Origin: Sphyrna mokarran
Taxonomy: Eukaryota
Reading direction: 5' to 3'
DNA length: 64,000 nucleotides
Assembly (NCBI GenBank): GCA_024679065.1
Contig: JAGIQG010000006.1
Location: 90,830,001-90,894,000 of the forward strand
The number at the start of each line of letters is the position of its first letter. Position 1 is the stretch's first letter. A program made the translations under genes and the position numbers. The notes beneath the pieces were generated by a model. It did not search any database, was not told the DNA's origin, and saw nothing but the letters and a program-made list of their open reading frames with translations. Positions 1 through 12,839 of the stretch are shown one piece after another.

Positions 1-107
1 TGGCTACACTGCTGCTTTTGTTTAGATAACAATCATTGTTATGACTGCAATGCACAGGGCCAGACTAGCCTATCTATCCAAAATGAAATAGCCTGCCTGT
101 CTATGCT

Positions 108-119
108 GCCGCCATTTTG
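108..119 (+). promoter_or_regulatory. YY1-type motif
   Basis: GCCGCCATTTTG matches the YY1 consensus CCGCCATNTT; lies in repeat-free upstream DNA. Confidence 0.35.
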
Positions 120-3100
120 TACTTCAGCTCTAAGTGACTTGAAAGGAGATCACAAAAGCTGCACACAACCAACCAATTGAAAGCTATTGACCTTGACAAT
201 TCGTTATACATTTAGTTCCCAGTTTCAGCTATTAGCTTGATCGTGTTGAGTGCAGGTGGTGAACATATTTTTCGCTCGCAACGATTTATGTAGTTAAACC
301 GTATTACTTCGCAAGGTGTGAAGAAAGTATTTTTTTTTTAAAGTGAATATTTGTTTTAATACATGTTCTTACTGTGATGTCCCCAACACAAAGAAATTCA
401 CTTTAGCTCCTGTAACTTTTTAACATCTCCCTGGAAACTGCTATTCTAAATACCCATTCAATCCTTGACAAAATGTACAATCTCGCCCTTCGGGTCCTTT
501 CCTCACGATTACAAGCGCAATAAATTGGGTGACTTAAAACATTTCTGAATGCGGAAATGTTAGTAAATAAGGATGGAGTCACCCATAGAAGGATCTGTTT
601 GCAGAATTGTAAGTACCAACTTCTCCACATGTTTTTTTTAAAGTGAGGCACGAATAATTTGTCAATGTTCTAATGAATACGGAATTAAATCGAAATCAAT
701 TGATAATGTTCAATCAGCAGGAGGTCCACCTGGTGCTCATTAATCGTAAAGTGAATGCGATTTCAAGTTGTGTTGTGGTTAATATACTTGTTACCCTAAT
801 CCGCACGTTAAATCACTGGGACGCGCACGACTGTGCAAGATATTCAATAAAGTTGCAAGTTTTGCAGATACGTGCATATAGTTCCACGCCTTTTCCCTAT
901 GCATTTTAAGAGGCCAATTTTCTATTCGCTATCCAAAGTGGAATAGAAAAACTGGCCGCCACAGGCGAAAATGAATGTGGCACTGAAGTGAACAACGTTT
1001 GAAAGGTTCTAAGGTTTGTAACTTTTGTTTAAAAAAAAGACGCTCTCGACTCCGATACAAGATAGCACAAACATTCTTAAATTTCTCATCCTGTGTACTT
1101 GAATGTCTGCGTGAATCGTATTTTTCGAACCAATAGGGTTTTTAGGGAACTGGCCTCGATCGCAAGTATGGAAAGAAAATTAATTTGCCCATATAGATGC
1201 TAATTCAGGCTACTTTACGTGTGGAACTTAAATTTGAAAATGTGGTCAATATTTTATAATGAGATATTCCACTAAAGTGAACTTAAAACTTAAGTGTGTA
1301 CTTAAACACGTGTTTTAAAACATCATATAGAATAACTTAGAGCCCAGACACACCATGAAGGGGCTAGTAGTAGAGGGTTGGTAGGGGAAGACTGAGTAAA
1401 AGTTCATCATAAAAGCTATGAACGACACGCTTACTGCTGATGTAAAGGGTCCATCCAACTAGATTGGAAGGCTTGCATTAAATTTATTAGAAATTACCCA
1501 TTATTCGAAATGGAAACTTCTTCATTTTGAAGAAACCCTTGATCGTCACCTGAAGTTACTGGTATTTTGAACAAGAGAATTGAGCACTTTGGATAATACT
1601 GGCCATTTTGTTTTGCTTGGGCCCTTAAGCTAAGAAGTGGTTGTATTTGTGTTTGGAGAAATTTGTAAGTCGAACACTTTCAAAAACAGGAATATTGTTT
1701 TTAAGTTGTTCCAAGTAGAAAAACCACTAAGGATGAGCAAATGGTTCTTACCAGGTTGACGTGAATGAATATCAATAGTGGAAATCTGTAGTAAACATTA
1801 ACGTTTTGTTTTACAAAAATAAACTACTGAATGTAGTTAAAATTCATTAATTTCATGGCTAGTTTTGAACAAATAGCCAAGCTTGATTTTCCCAGTTCCT
1901 GGTGTTTGTATAAATGAACATCCGGTTGAATAGATAACTTGTGCTTTGGTTGTACCCGAGATTAAAAAAAAAATGTCCATCTCATTACATTGTATTGTTT
2001 AATGCAAGCTGTTGTCTATCAGTGTTACGTATTTTTGTCTGCATTAATCTTGATTTGTTGTTAAAGGAGTAGGTTTTTAGAACTGATTTCTCAGACCAGA
2101 TGTAACACACTGTAGTGTTTTGTTCAATGCCAAGTTTGTTCGTTTCCTCATTACGGTACGAGGTTATTCCGTCCTAATATTACAGGAATAGTCATGCCCC
2201 CGCTGTGATATCACCAGCAGTTAACCAGAAGCCCCTTTCATACCTGTCATGATTTGATGGGATTTCTTTGAGATGATCTAACGTACCGTAAAAGCAGCAG
2301 GAGAACGTTGCTGTGCACCATCAATTAAGAAATGGAATTGTGCATTGGCGCGGGGCTGCTTTAACGGCCTTCTTAACATCAATGTTCGCATAAACTGCTG
2401 CTTTTGTTTGTGGATTCGGGATGCATAGAAAAAAAAACCAGTTACCTGGACACTTTGGTGTTCTGCGCCTACAACTTTTTTGTTTTGCCGCTTACAAAAC
2501 GACCACACCAAGGACACATTAGGACGCTTTTAGATGTGTCTTTCCAATGTTACTTTAGCGGCATGAAAGGTTTTAAAATACAATTTCTTCATCTCTCGGT
2601 GAAAAGACAACTAAAACGAGTGTTATCTGGCAGGGAGAGGGATTACGGTGTTGAGATGACCGGGTGGGTGGGCAGTACAGCGAGAGAGTGTGGTGCTTTG
2701 AGAAACGATCCCTTCCTTACTCGTTCCCTATTGTTCGATTAGGAAAACGGGCGCTGTCTTAACTTAGGCGGTCCTGATCTGTTCACTATGATGAAACACA
2801 CAAAAATGCTGTGCACTCTGTGGCTTTGTATAACGATCATAAAGTCAACAACGGACAGCACAAGTGACCCAGGAAAGAGAAAAGAAAACAGCAGTAACTT
2901 ACCTACAGTGAGGCATGTTCCATTACAAGACAAAAGAATTAGCTGAAGTGGAGCTAAATACTTTGCACCAAAATTTGAAAATGAGTGGCTTAACTTGAGA
3001 TATAAAATAATAAATCAGAATATTTAGAGCAATGTTAATCCACATTTTTTTCTCTTGTGTATATGATGGGGGCGATTGGGATTAAAAAAATTCACTACTA

Positions 3101-3129
3101 CTTCAATCAGTCGGATGCCAGTTTTTTTT

Positions 3130-3640
3130 TAAAGCATGCAATAGATAGCAGCAGATTTCAGCTCAGCCCCAAGCAGATGCAGAGAGAAGCCGGGCGGATG
3201 GATTTCCCCCCACCATCTATCCCCAGATCAGCCCAGCCCTGTTCCCTATGATTGACAGGCCCGCAGCAGCACCGACACGCGCTCGGAACCCGGCGCCCCT
3301 GATGATTGACAAGGACACGGGCCAAAGAGCCCATCGACAATCGATGGATCGATTGGGGGGGGGAGGGGGAGAGGAGGACTGGTGATGCGCGTGCGTGTTA
3401 AACCGACCAATCCGCAGCGCCCTCCCCGGGCAGGCTGCGCGCGCGCGCGCGGCGGCGGCGGGGGCGGTGGCATCATATCCCTCCGCCGCGCTCGCTCGCT
3501 CTCTCTCTAATCTGCCGGCGTCCCCCCCAGGAGCGCGTGCCCACACGCGGTGCTGAGGCGCTCGCGTGAGCGCGGAGGTGGCCAAGAGGTGCGAGTGTTG
3601 TTCGGCTGTATAAAGGAGTGCGCGAACACACCTCCCAGTG
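3130..3640 (+). promoter_or_regulatory. CpG-island promoter
   Basis: Sharp GC/CpG-rich island in AT-rich, CpG-depleted DNA. Contains CCAAT 3407-3411, ATTGG 3352-3356, GC box GGGGCGG ~3461-3467, (GC)7 3437-3450 and TATAAAG 3609-3615, upstream of a strong donor at 4065. Confidence 0.85.
3249..3312 (+). promoter_or_regulatory. Tandem PBX-PREP/MEIS decamer-like sites
   Basis: TGATTGACAG at 3249-3258 (exact TALE heterodimer decamer) and TGATTGACAA at 3303-3312, near CCAAT boxes. Confidence 0.55.
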
Positions 3641-4064
3641 ACAGAAAAAGCGCCTTCTTATTTCCCATCTGCGTCAGACCTCCTTTACAGCGTGATGCAG
3701 CTGCTCTTTCTGTTGTAGGGGGGAAAGAAGATTTGGAAGCCGGTTTTGACCGTCCTTTAATTCTTTTGTTTCCTTTTTTTTAAAGAGATTGTTTCTTTAA
3801 GTTTTTCTCCCCTTTTTTCTTTTTAACGCCACCCGCCAATTCAATTAATCAAGACTCCCCTATTTTAAAGTTTATTTTGGGCATTTTTTTTTGCTTTTTT
3901 TTTCTCTTTGGTGTATTTTTCCCCTTTATCCAATATTACTTCTGTAGGCTGTCTTCACTTCAGGGTTTTGAAACTATTAAAGACCCTTTGCGTCACATCT
4001 TTTTTTGGTAGAAGGACTTAAACTTTTCTACTCCCTTTTATTTGAAAAAAAAGCAAGCTAAAAG
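3640..4064 (+). other. ELAVL2: Putative non-coding first exon (U-rich 5' UTR)
   Basis: Ends in a consensus donor AAG|GTAAGT (GT at 4065). The TAA just before the final AAG would be in frame with exon 26210, so the exon is non-coding. The start is estimated from TATA 3609; transcription may start further upstream. Confidence 0.6.
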
Positions 4065-7000
4065 GTAAGTGATAGCTCTACTTATGCTTTGGTTTGCATT
4101 TAACTGGTTTTCCTCTTAACAGTTTAGAGCGGAATGAAATGAGTAGCCAATCCCATGGTAAAGTGAAATTTCAGCAGTTGTGATTAGATGTCTTTTTTGT
4201 AATGTGGGAAAACATTTTCTTCTACTGGCTATAATAATGTATTTAATATGAACACTGTTGGCTTTCTCTTGTGTCCCACATCTTAAATCCAATAGTGGTT
4301 ATTGAACTGACTAGTTAAGGTTTCCAGAGCTACTTAATTTAAAATAAAGGAAAGATAAAGCCCATCTTAAATATAATTAAAATCTGGATGTTGAATGCAC
4401 GTTATTCTTGCATGCAATAGCATCAAGAACAGCAGTATTTTCAAAGTGCATTTTTTATGATGTTTAATTTTTCTTGGGTGTATTTGTCCAATCTTCCACT
4501 TGGAGGCTGTGGAATATCTATGGCAAAGCTGTGATGCTGTTGCCCAAAGATAGGTGAGAGCTCCCGTTTCTCTGCGTATCTAAATGCAGGGGGAGCGGGG
4601 GATTGTTTTTGCACACCGTGTTTTTTTTTATTTGTTTGGGGGAAGGAGGCGTACGATTTGAAATTTCCAATTTGAATTGCGCTTAAAAATAAAACGCGCA
4701 GTGTAACGTCGGGGAAACCGATGGTTCGGTAGTACCAAAGATAAATGGATCGCTGATAGAAGAAAATGCGGTGAGACCACGTTGACAAATTATAAACGAA
4801 GACAGATAAAAGGATCGACTCGAGTAACTTTTACACCAACCGGTGCATTTTTTTTTTACGGGGCAATAGGAACTTGAATCGTCTACCTTTTTTTGGAACC
4901 GTCGACCTTGCATTGACTTGGCTAATTCGGCTGAAGTCGACACGTGTGGGAGTCGGGTTTTCTAATGTTTACCCCAGGCTGATTTAGAAAAGCCCCTTCC
5001 TTGAAATCCGAAGAGGAGAAGGAGATGGGGAATGGGGGTGGAATTGCTGCTTTCATTACCCGGGGAAATTGAACGTCTGCTGCTGAACGTTTTCCCACCT
5101 CTCAGCCACATGTCTCGGTCAGTTGAAGATCCATCAGTATTTCCCCCACCCTCCACCCCTCGGCTTTGCAGAAAAGCACATCGTGAATCTTGGGCAGTCA
5201 CTTGAGAATAGAAGGGGTTCGCACTTTGCCACAGATTTAATGAAAGCGAGCGCCAAAATACTAAATCAGTGCCCACGGTTCGATCAATGCTTCTTCCCAC
5301 CCCCACCACAACCGCTTTGGAAACTCCAATGCAGTGAGATCCAACTCTAGGGTGGGGACGAGGAGGGTCTGCCACCTTACACACACTAGGTGGTCCTAAA
5401 ACAGCACAGCCATTTTTTTTTTTTGCGTTGATGTGCAGTTTTTTTTTGCATTTACGCATAAATAGTAGCAATATTTCACAGGGTGGTATTTTATTTGTCC
5501 TTTCACCTCGATATTCATGGGTCACTTTTTTTAAATTCCGCAATCGATTCAACCTTCATCGGGGGAGATGCTGTCTTTGATTTCCCCCACTCCCCCCCCC
5601 CCCTTTCCCTGCCGCCAGTGTTGTCTGTTTTGGGGTGAGTGGGTGGAGGAGAGGGATTCCTGGCTCAGCTTGTATCGGGGACCTGAAGGGGCGCCAGCCT
5701 CCCGTTTGCAACGCGGTCACTGTCACCCCTGCAGACACCAGCATGGATATATGTGTTTCCCGCCAAACCGTAGGGTGGGTTGCCAGTTGGTAACGAAACG
5801 AGGGAGGGAAAATGGGTTGATGTTGCAGTGTGTAGTACTGAGATTGGCATGGGGCACTGTAGCGAAGAGGCTGTTTACCTCTCCCCTTTGCCTTCCTGCT
5901 CCCCACTCTATCCAGGGTTGGGTTGCAATCCCGCAGTATTGGCCGCCGATGTGATGCTTTGCTTCTCTGGCGCCAGGGCAAGTCTATGAAGTTAAAATTG
6001 ATCGTAATAGCGCGGCTCATTTTTAAGGTGCATCGGTTTTTTTTTGAGGGGGGGGGGGTAAAAGACATGTTTCTTTCTTTGTCAGTCAACCGAAAAGCAC
6101 GTCCTGCATATCTTGTTCTCTCAAACACCATCTCGACTGTTTATTGAGTTTTGTACTTAATCCAATTTAATTGGGGGGGAAGACACAATGCGTCGCCTCC
6201 GATCGAGGATATGATCTTGACCTTACAAACACAGATTTTGTTCATCAGTGTACACGATTCCATTTTCACACCTGAGATCAGTGCACTGAATAGTGGCTTA
6301 AAACAATATGACGCAGAGGTTGGAATTTCTCTTTTTTTCTTGTGTAGGAAACGAGTGGGACTCAGAACCAAAACCAACTTCTATTTAAAGCTTTAAATAG
6401 AAAGCTCCTTTTGAGCTTTCTCCTGGCTCCTTTTGAGTACGTTTTTCCTAAAGTATTCTCAGACTGTAATTTCCCAGATCTCGTGCCTTAAAGAAGATTT
6501 AATTTTGATCCCGGACAGATAACTAACTCTTGGAAAACACGTTATTGGTTCTGAGAGTCCCCCTCTTCAGATAATTAATAAAACTATGGATGACTATAGT
6601 TTGTGGTTACAGCATTTTCTCTATCCAGCAATGTGCAATTATTACTCCAAATATAGGCATGTTGAATGCAATTGTACAGTGATAAGCAATTTAAAACACT
6701 TCAATGAAGTTGAGACTTTAAAATGTACTGAAGCTGGTCTTGCAGACTTGAATCCAATGTAATTCCTTATCTGACAGAACTATAACTGGCCCCACTGCAA
6801 AAGAGCTACCATGATAGTCATGTGGAACAAATTTTCATTAATTGGTTTGCGGCTTTCAAGTAGTGAATGTTGACACTTGGACATTAATTGTAGGTAACTA
6901 GTTTACTAATGGGGATGACAGACTGAGACTTGAATGACACTTCATATTGGAATTGGTATACTATACACTCCGAAACAAATGGCCTCGCAGTCAGCTGCAC

Positions 7001-10000
7001 CATGTCTGATTACTTTTTCAGCTTGTGGCATGCAAAAGAAAATGTGTTGTTAATAAAGTAGTAATGTGGATGCTAAATATCTTATTCGTAATAGAAGTTG
7101 CTTTCTATAAATTCCCTTTCCTTTAGAGAAGGGATTGATCTTTACTGAACCTTTAATAGCACGTTGTAAAGCAGAAACTAAATTTTGAAGACTTGCATGG
7201 AGTTGGTGGTCTCAATTCTGGCACTTAAATTTGTTGTTAGTTGACCAATAGTTCAGCTGTTCCCATGGAAGGAATTGTGAAGTGAGGCACCTATGATGGA
7301 TCGAATCAAATGAAGTTTTCACAGCCGTTCACAATAGCTTCAATTTTCCTGCTTCCATTGGGAATAAAAGTTTTTATATAGCTTACTGATTCACGATTAA
7401 AAATCTTCATTAGACTCCATGCTGAGTACAGAATTTTGATTATTAACATATTGAAAGGTGCCATTTTCAATTGTGTAGTCTTTGCATAGTAGCTAAAGAT
7501 TTTAGAAAATGTTTTCCATACATAATTGAAGATCTGATGAATATCTCAGGACTTTCAAATTCATGGATTTCCTGAAGGTTTCCAACAATTGTCTGGACAT
7601 GATCAAAGTTGTGAAATGCGTTTTAGTGCTGCCCTATATGGGGAAGAGTGAAGTATATAAAGTTCTAAAGTCTAAACTTGAAATTAGTGTGGCAAATCCA
7701 AATTTGTAGAGTATTTGATTACTTTTTAAAGTCTTAATGCTTACTGTTCACATCCAGATTTACTGTTAAAACTGAGGCTTATCACCTTTGTTCTTATTCC
7801 TCTGTATAGCAGTTTGTGCTATTCAGTTGCATTGTGACCTGAAAATTATAGGCCTAACCAATATATTTGACACTTTTGCCTCAGGTACATTGCACAAATG
7901 TGCTTTTGAATGAAATCTGATGTATATTGATTTCGTAATGAAGCTGAAACATTTTCTTGCAATACTAATTAGAATAACTTGATTTAAGTGAATTTAAAAT
8001 CTTAGTGTCAAATGTTTACAATTAAAATGCAAGAATGATTTAATTTTAAACTTGGACCTAGTTTTATTTAAAAGCAGAACTTTTGAGCGTGACCTGAATT
8101 GTCAATATTCAAGGTATAGTCGGACCCAAGCGGTTCCATTATTTTGTCTACACTTGTGACTTTAGCCATATAGGTCATTCTTTTCTCAGTTTCACTGGAG
8201 TATTTGGATGCTTTAATCTGTAGTACACTAATGTCCTCATAATTAATAAATTTCATTGGAAAAAAATGAACTGTGTGCCCAGTACTTCTGCTTTAATCAG
8301 CATGCCCTCTTAGTATAGGCTGATTCAGTTGTCTCTCTTCTTGATTATGTCTCATTCTGTCGCTGTGCCCCCAGTTTGTGAATGAGAAACTTTGGAATGA
8401 ATCCTACAATAAGAGAACTTCTGGATTACAGAATATTGCTGTTGCATTATAGGACATAGAATTGTTAAGCTTTGAGTCTATGCTTGGAACTATCAATTAG
8501 GATTTTTCTCTTTCAATTCCCTATAAAGCTATTGAATCTGCATCCGCCCCCACTCAGTAAATTCTAAGTCCTAATTATCATGTTACACGTTAAATCTGTG
8601 CCCCAATTTTATTTGCTCTATTCAAACTCTCCATGATTTTAAATGTTCTCTTTATCTCACCTAGTTTATCTAGTCTACTCACTTAATTATAATCCTTCAC
8701 ATTTGGAACTAGTTTTAACTTTATTGATCTGAATTCTGATATTTATACTCTTTTTGAAATAATTTAAAATTGGCCAGGAATGGCCGAATTCCACAGAAGA
8801 AAAAATGGATACAGAGGAGTAGGTTGATTTTAGTTTACGATCTTTCATTTGTGATTTGCTCCTACTTAAAAGGAAGAGAAAACTGAACTAATCCTGGCAT
8901 CATTCCATCATAAAATGATAGATATAATTTATGTAGTGTTTATGGTAGGAACGCGATGTTTTCCATTTTTTTAGGCCAGTCTTTGTGGCAGTGGGTGGGG
9001 AAGGCACATGTCTCGGTGATTGCAAGACTGATTAGACCTACTCACAGTCTATAGACCAGAGTAGTTGTCTATTTAAGATTGCATAAATGTTCTCAGGACA
9101 CCTCTTTTAAAATGTATTTTGAGCACAACTAAATAAGATAGCAATAACAACACTTTCTTGATGTGTGGGTGGGGGAGAGGAATGTTTGGGTTGCATGGTT
9201 GGGAGAAATGTGTATAATGTTAAGATTGGAAACTGCTTAGCATTTGTGAAATTTTAATAACATAGAAAACGTGTCTAAAGATTCTGAGGCATTTAATAGG
9301 CAGAGAATTTAACAAAATTTGACAAACACAATACTGTAGAAAGGTGAGCAAAGGCTCAGTCAAAAGTGAGGGTTTGAATATTTTCAAGGTAGAGAGAATT
9401 TCAGGGCTCAGGCCTAAGCCTGAAGGCTGGTGGAAATAATAAATATTAATCATGCAAAAAGCCAAAATTGGAGGACATTGGAGTGTTACATCAGGGTTTG
9501 GATCAATGGTGGGTGGCCTCCAGCCCATTTAGGTCCTGAGTGTGGCCCACAAGACATCTTGTTGATTGTTCCTCACATGCAGGTTTGTCACATTCTGCTG
9601 ATGTTCCATCCACGTGGTTTTGTTCCTACTGAAATGACAAGTGTTGTATGCATTTTTAAAAAAAAAAGTGAAATAGGTTCTCTGTTGATTGTAAACTCCC
9701 TTTTTAAAGTGTAAAAAATCCTTCCATTTGATAATTCTATTACTATATAAATATATTCTATAACTTATATAATCAGTATGTATTTAAGCTTAATCACTGG
9801 GGTTATGGTTAGTGAACAACCCTAATCTAAACCTAGTGGACTACTGAGATGACAGAGGTCCACTCACTTGCTAGTTGCCTATTACTGGTTTAGGCAGAAG
9901 GGGGGGGATGGTGAGACTGTGGAGAAAATTCTTGCCTGTCAGGAAGGACTGGAATCTGTTGTACAGGACTTGCTACAAATTAAGATATGAATTGAAGGTT

Positions 10001-12839
10001 TCTGGGTGAGCTGATGACCAGAATTCAGCCAGGTGAGCACTACAGTAGTCAAAAATATTAATGACATCTTCATTCGTAGATCAGCTGAGGTAGTAGAGAT
10101 GAGCAATGTTGGCGGTTAAAATTGGCAATTATATGGGTTTGAAAGCTTGACTCAAGTCTGAATGCAGCCATTGGCCACAGAGGGATGAAGATTTCACTCC
10201 CCAAGGTCTACATTTTCTATTTCAATCTTGTTCAGCTGGTGCTGGTAGAAATGGATGCCACTGGGAAGATCTGTAATTCGAGTTATCCATCCAGATGAGC
10301 TCTTGAAATCTTGTAAACAAATATTCAAGTAGTGTTCGCTATGAATGTGAAATGAGGGGAGAAACAGGACAATTTGTAAATGTCCTGTTTGTGTAAGAAA
10401 AACTCAATGTTCTTTCAAAGAAAAAACTGGCTTTGGAGAAAATGTAAAGCTGCAGAATAATCTCTGGATGATGCACTGTAGGAATTTGTGATATTTAAGA
10501 TTTGTGCACCATCTGTGCTTATATGCATAGAAAATTGTTTGATAGGAAGTAGTTTGCTCATAAGTAACACAACACTACAATGGTAATTTGAGTTAACACT
10601 GACATTTTGGCATTACAGGCCCTTAAGGCCAAATGCTCGTGTTTTCTTTTGAGGGAGATTGGTGGAAAGGAAAGCAAATTAATTTGAGTTTAAACTGCAA
10701 GGCATTACTAATGTTCAGCAAGTAGATAGAAATCAAGCTGGAATAAATGTTCTGTCAATAAAGGAGTAAAGTGCGAATCGTGGTCAATTTAGCAGTGTTG
10801 CTTATGAACTGTAACATACTGCCTGAAATTAGAAAAGTACTTATCACTTGATCTAGCATGCAGATACTGGTGGTTTCCCATGAATATTAAAATGGAAAGA
10901 TGACCTCGGGAAATTTTACTAGAATTTTTTTATATAAGTACTTAGGATGAGCAAAATTCAGAGATGGGTTTTTAGGACAGATATGGAGAAGTTTAAGGAG
11001 GGAGTACCAAAGCTTAGGGTCTTGGCAGCTGAAAGCTCTGCTGTCAATGGCGAATAATTTAAATGTGCAGGAGACCAGTGAAGAAATTTAAATAAAGGCC
11101 TGTAAGACTACAAGAGGTTACCGAGGATGGGAAGGAATGAGACTACGGAAAAAATATGAAAACATGGTTGTGGATTTGGAATTTGAGCTGTTGAGGTATC
11201 ATACTATTTAATAAGCATTACATGTTACTAAATAGATTTCTCATTTGCCTTGAAACTTAGTTGGCATGTAGAAAAAAATTTTAGTCCTGCCAACTCTGTT
11301 TCTCCTAACAAAGTTTAATTGCACAAGTGAGGTGAATTTGCTTCCATGTTTCATGATTAAGACTTGTAGGATATCACAAATAATGTGATAAGTTGATGTA
11401 AAAATCTGGAAGAAACTGTTTATTTGAACTATTAAGAAGCACATCAAATTGAACAAAGTAAACCTAGTCACGGCTGACCAACTGCAGATAAGTGTAAAGA
11501 TGTCTGCCTAATAACCTTCCTGTCCCCCAGGAGATCGTTTCCAACTTTATTTGATGCACGACATATGTTGTGATCTTGACAGTACAGGAATTCCATTTTG
11601 GAAATTTTTATTAATTTTCTCTTTAAATACTCTTTGGCTTTAGTGGCTTATTGCATCTGCTAGAAGATTGAGATGGACTACTGTATTCAGTTCTTTTTGG
11701 TGCAGCAAAGTGGATGAAACTTGCTATTTTGCTTCTATAGTTGTCCTCAGTCAAGAAAAAAATCAACCTGCTATACCAGGCATGGCTGACACTTCAAATG
11801 TAGATTTGTTCAGCTGAGTGCGGAAGCATGAGCAAATGCTTGTTGCCTGGTTTTAGGCTTGCTATTTTGTCTGTCAGTTGAACTATTGAGTTTTGCAGGA
11901 ATTATATTTCAATGTAATACTGTTGATCTTGGTATTGTAAAATAAATTAAATTCTAAGTGAAAAATTTGTGACTTTGGACGATGTGTACGCTTGTGCTTG
12001 CTTTTCCAACTGTTTATTTATATATATTAGTAAACTTATAGCTCCTGGAGCCTGCACCACCTTTCTGTAAAGTTGTGGCCAATCCTTTGCCCCAATTCCA
12101 GCTTCTTGTTTCCCTCACCCATGTTTTCAATTTTCCTTTGCATATAAACATTTGTGGAGCTCTTGCCCATACTCTGAGTAAGTATCCACGTCTCTGGGAT
12201 GGTGTGGTAAGAGCATTCTGAACATTCTCAATCCTTGAGTGAAGTTGCTTCTCATCACTGCCTGGTAAAATTTATGACATGGTTCTAAGCATCCCCCTAG
12301 CATAAAAAATTGAGATCCTCTAAATTAGAGGAAATATTGGCCTAATCTACACTGTCTCTTCAAGAGCAATCTGCTCATCTCATCATTTTTCTGAATTCTA
12401 AAATCCTTCCTATTCTTGGCAATAATATTTGTAAGCCTTTTCCTTTGGTCTAACTTTTGTTAATCATGATTAAGTCATGATTTTTGAGGTTATTTATAGG
12501 AGTGTATAATGAAGGTTTGCCCTTTTTAATTTCCAAATCTACCTTGGCCAACTTATCTCTCCATATCTATGTAATTTGCTTTCTTCAGGTAAGCCCCTTT
12601 TAGATTTACTTGCCTCCAGACTTGGTATATGATTTTGATGGGAAAGGACATATCCAGGAGTTGTGATGGTGACATCTGGGATGCTAACATAGTCATGTCT
12701 TACAGGTAATGACCAGTCTGAGAGAGTGCTTCCAATTTTGGCACAAACCCCCAGATGTTAAGGATAGCTTTTTACTGTTGTTTTCAGTGCCTAGGTGGAT
12801 GCCGGATGGTCATTTATTTGTTTTATCTGTAGGTGTTGA

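Noticed and set aside
2745-3560. REST/RE1-like half sites (ggcgctgtct ~2749, acggacagcac 2851, cagcacc ~3267, ggtgctga ~3549)
   Set aside because: Only isolated half-sites; none forms a full RE1 with correct partner and spacing.
3158-3783. Overlapping ORFs of 60-122 aa on both strands over the CpG island
   Set aside because: Low-complexity Ala/Arg/Pro products expected from GC-rich, stop-poor promoter DNA; no recognisable domain.
4962-6131. 196-aa and 191-aa minus-strand ORFs
   Set aside because: No domain similarity; they run through homopolymers and lie antisense in intron 1. Likely chance ORFs in CpG-rich sequence.
6404-6437. Short direct repeats (gctccttttgag x2; similar doublets at ~32270, ~36428, ~51608)
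   Set aside because: Two-copy micro-duplications without regular spacers; common slippage events, not CRISPR-like arrays.
7870-7892. Another AG|GT junction (ttttgcctcag|gtacat)
   Set aside because: Weak donor and short pyrimidine tract; expected by chance in long introns.
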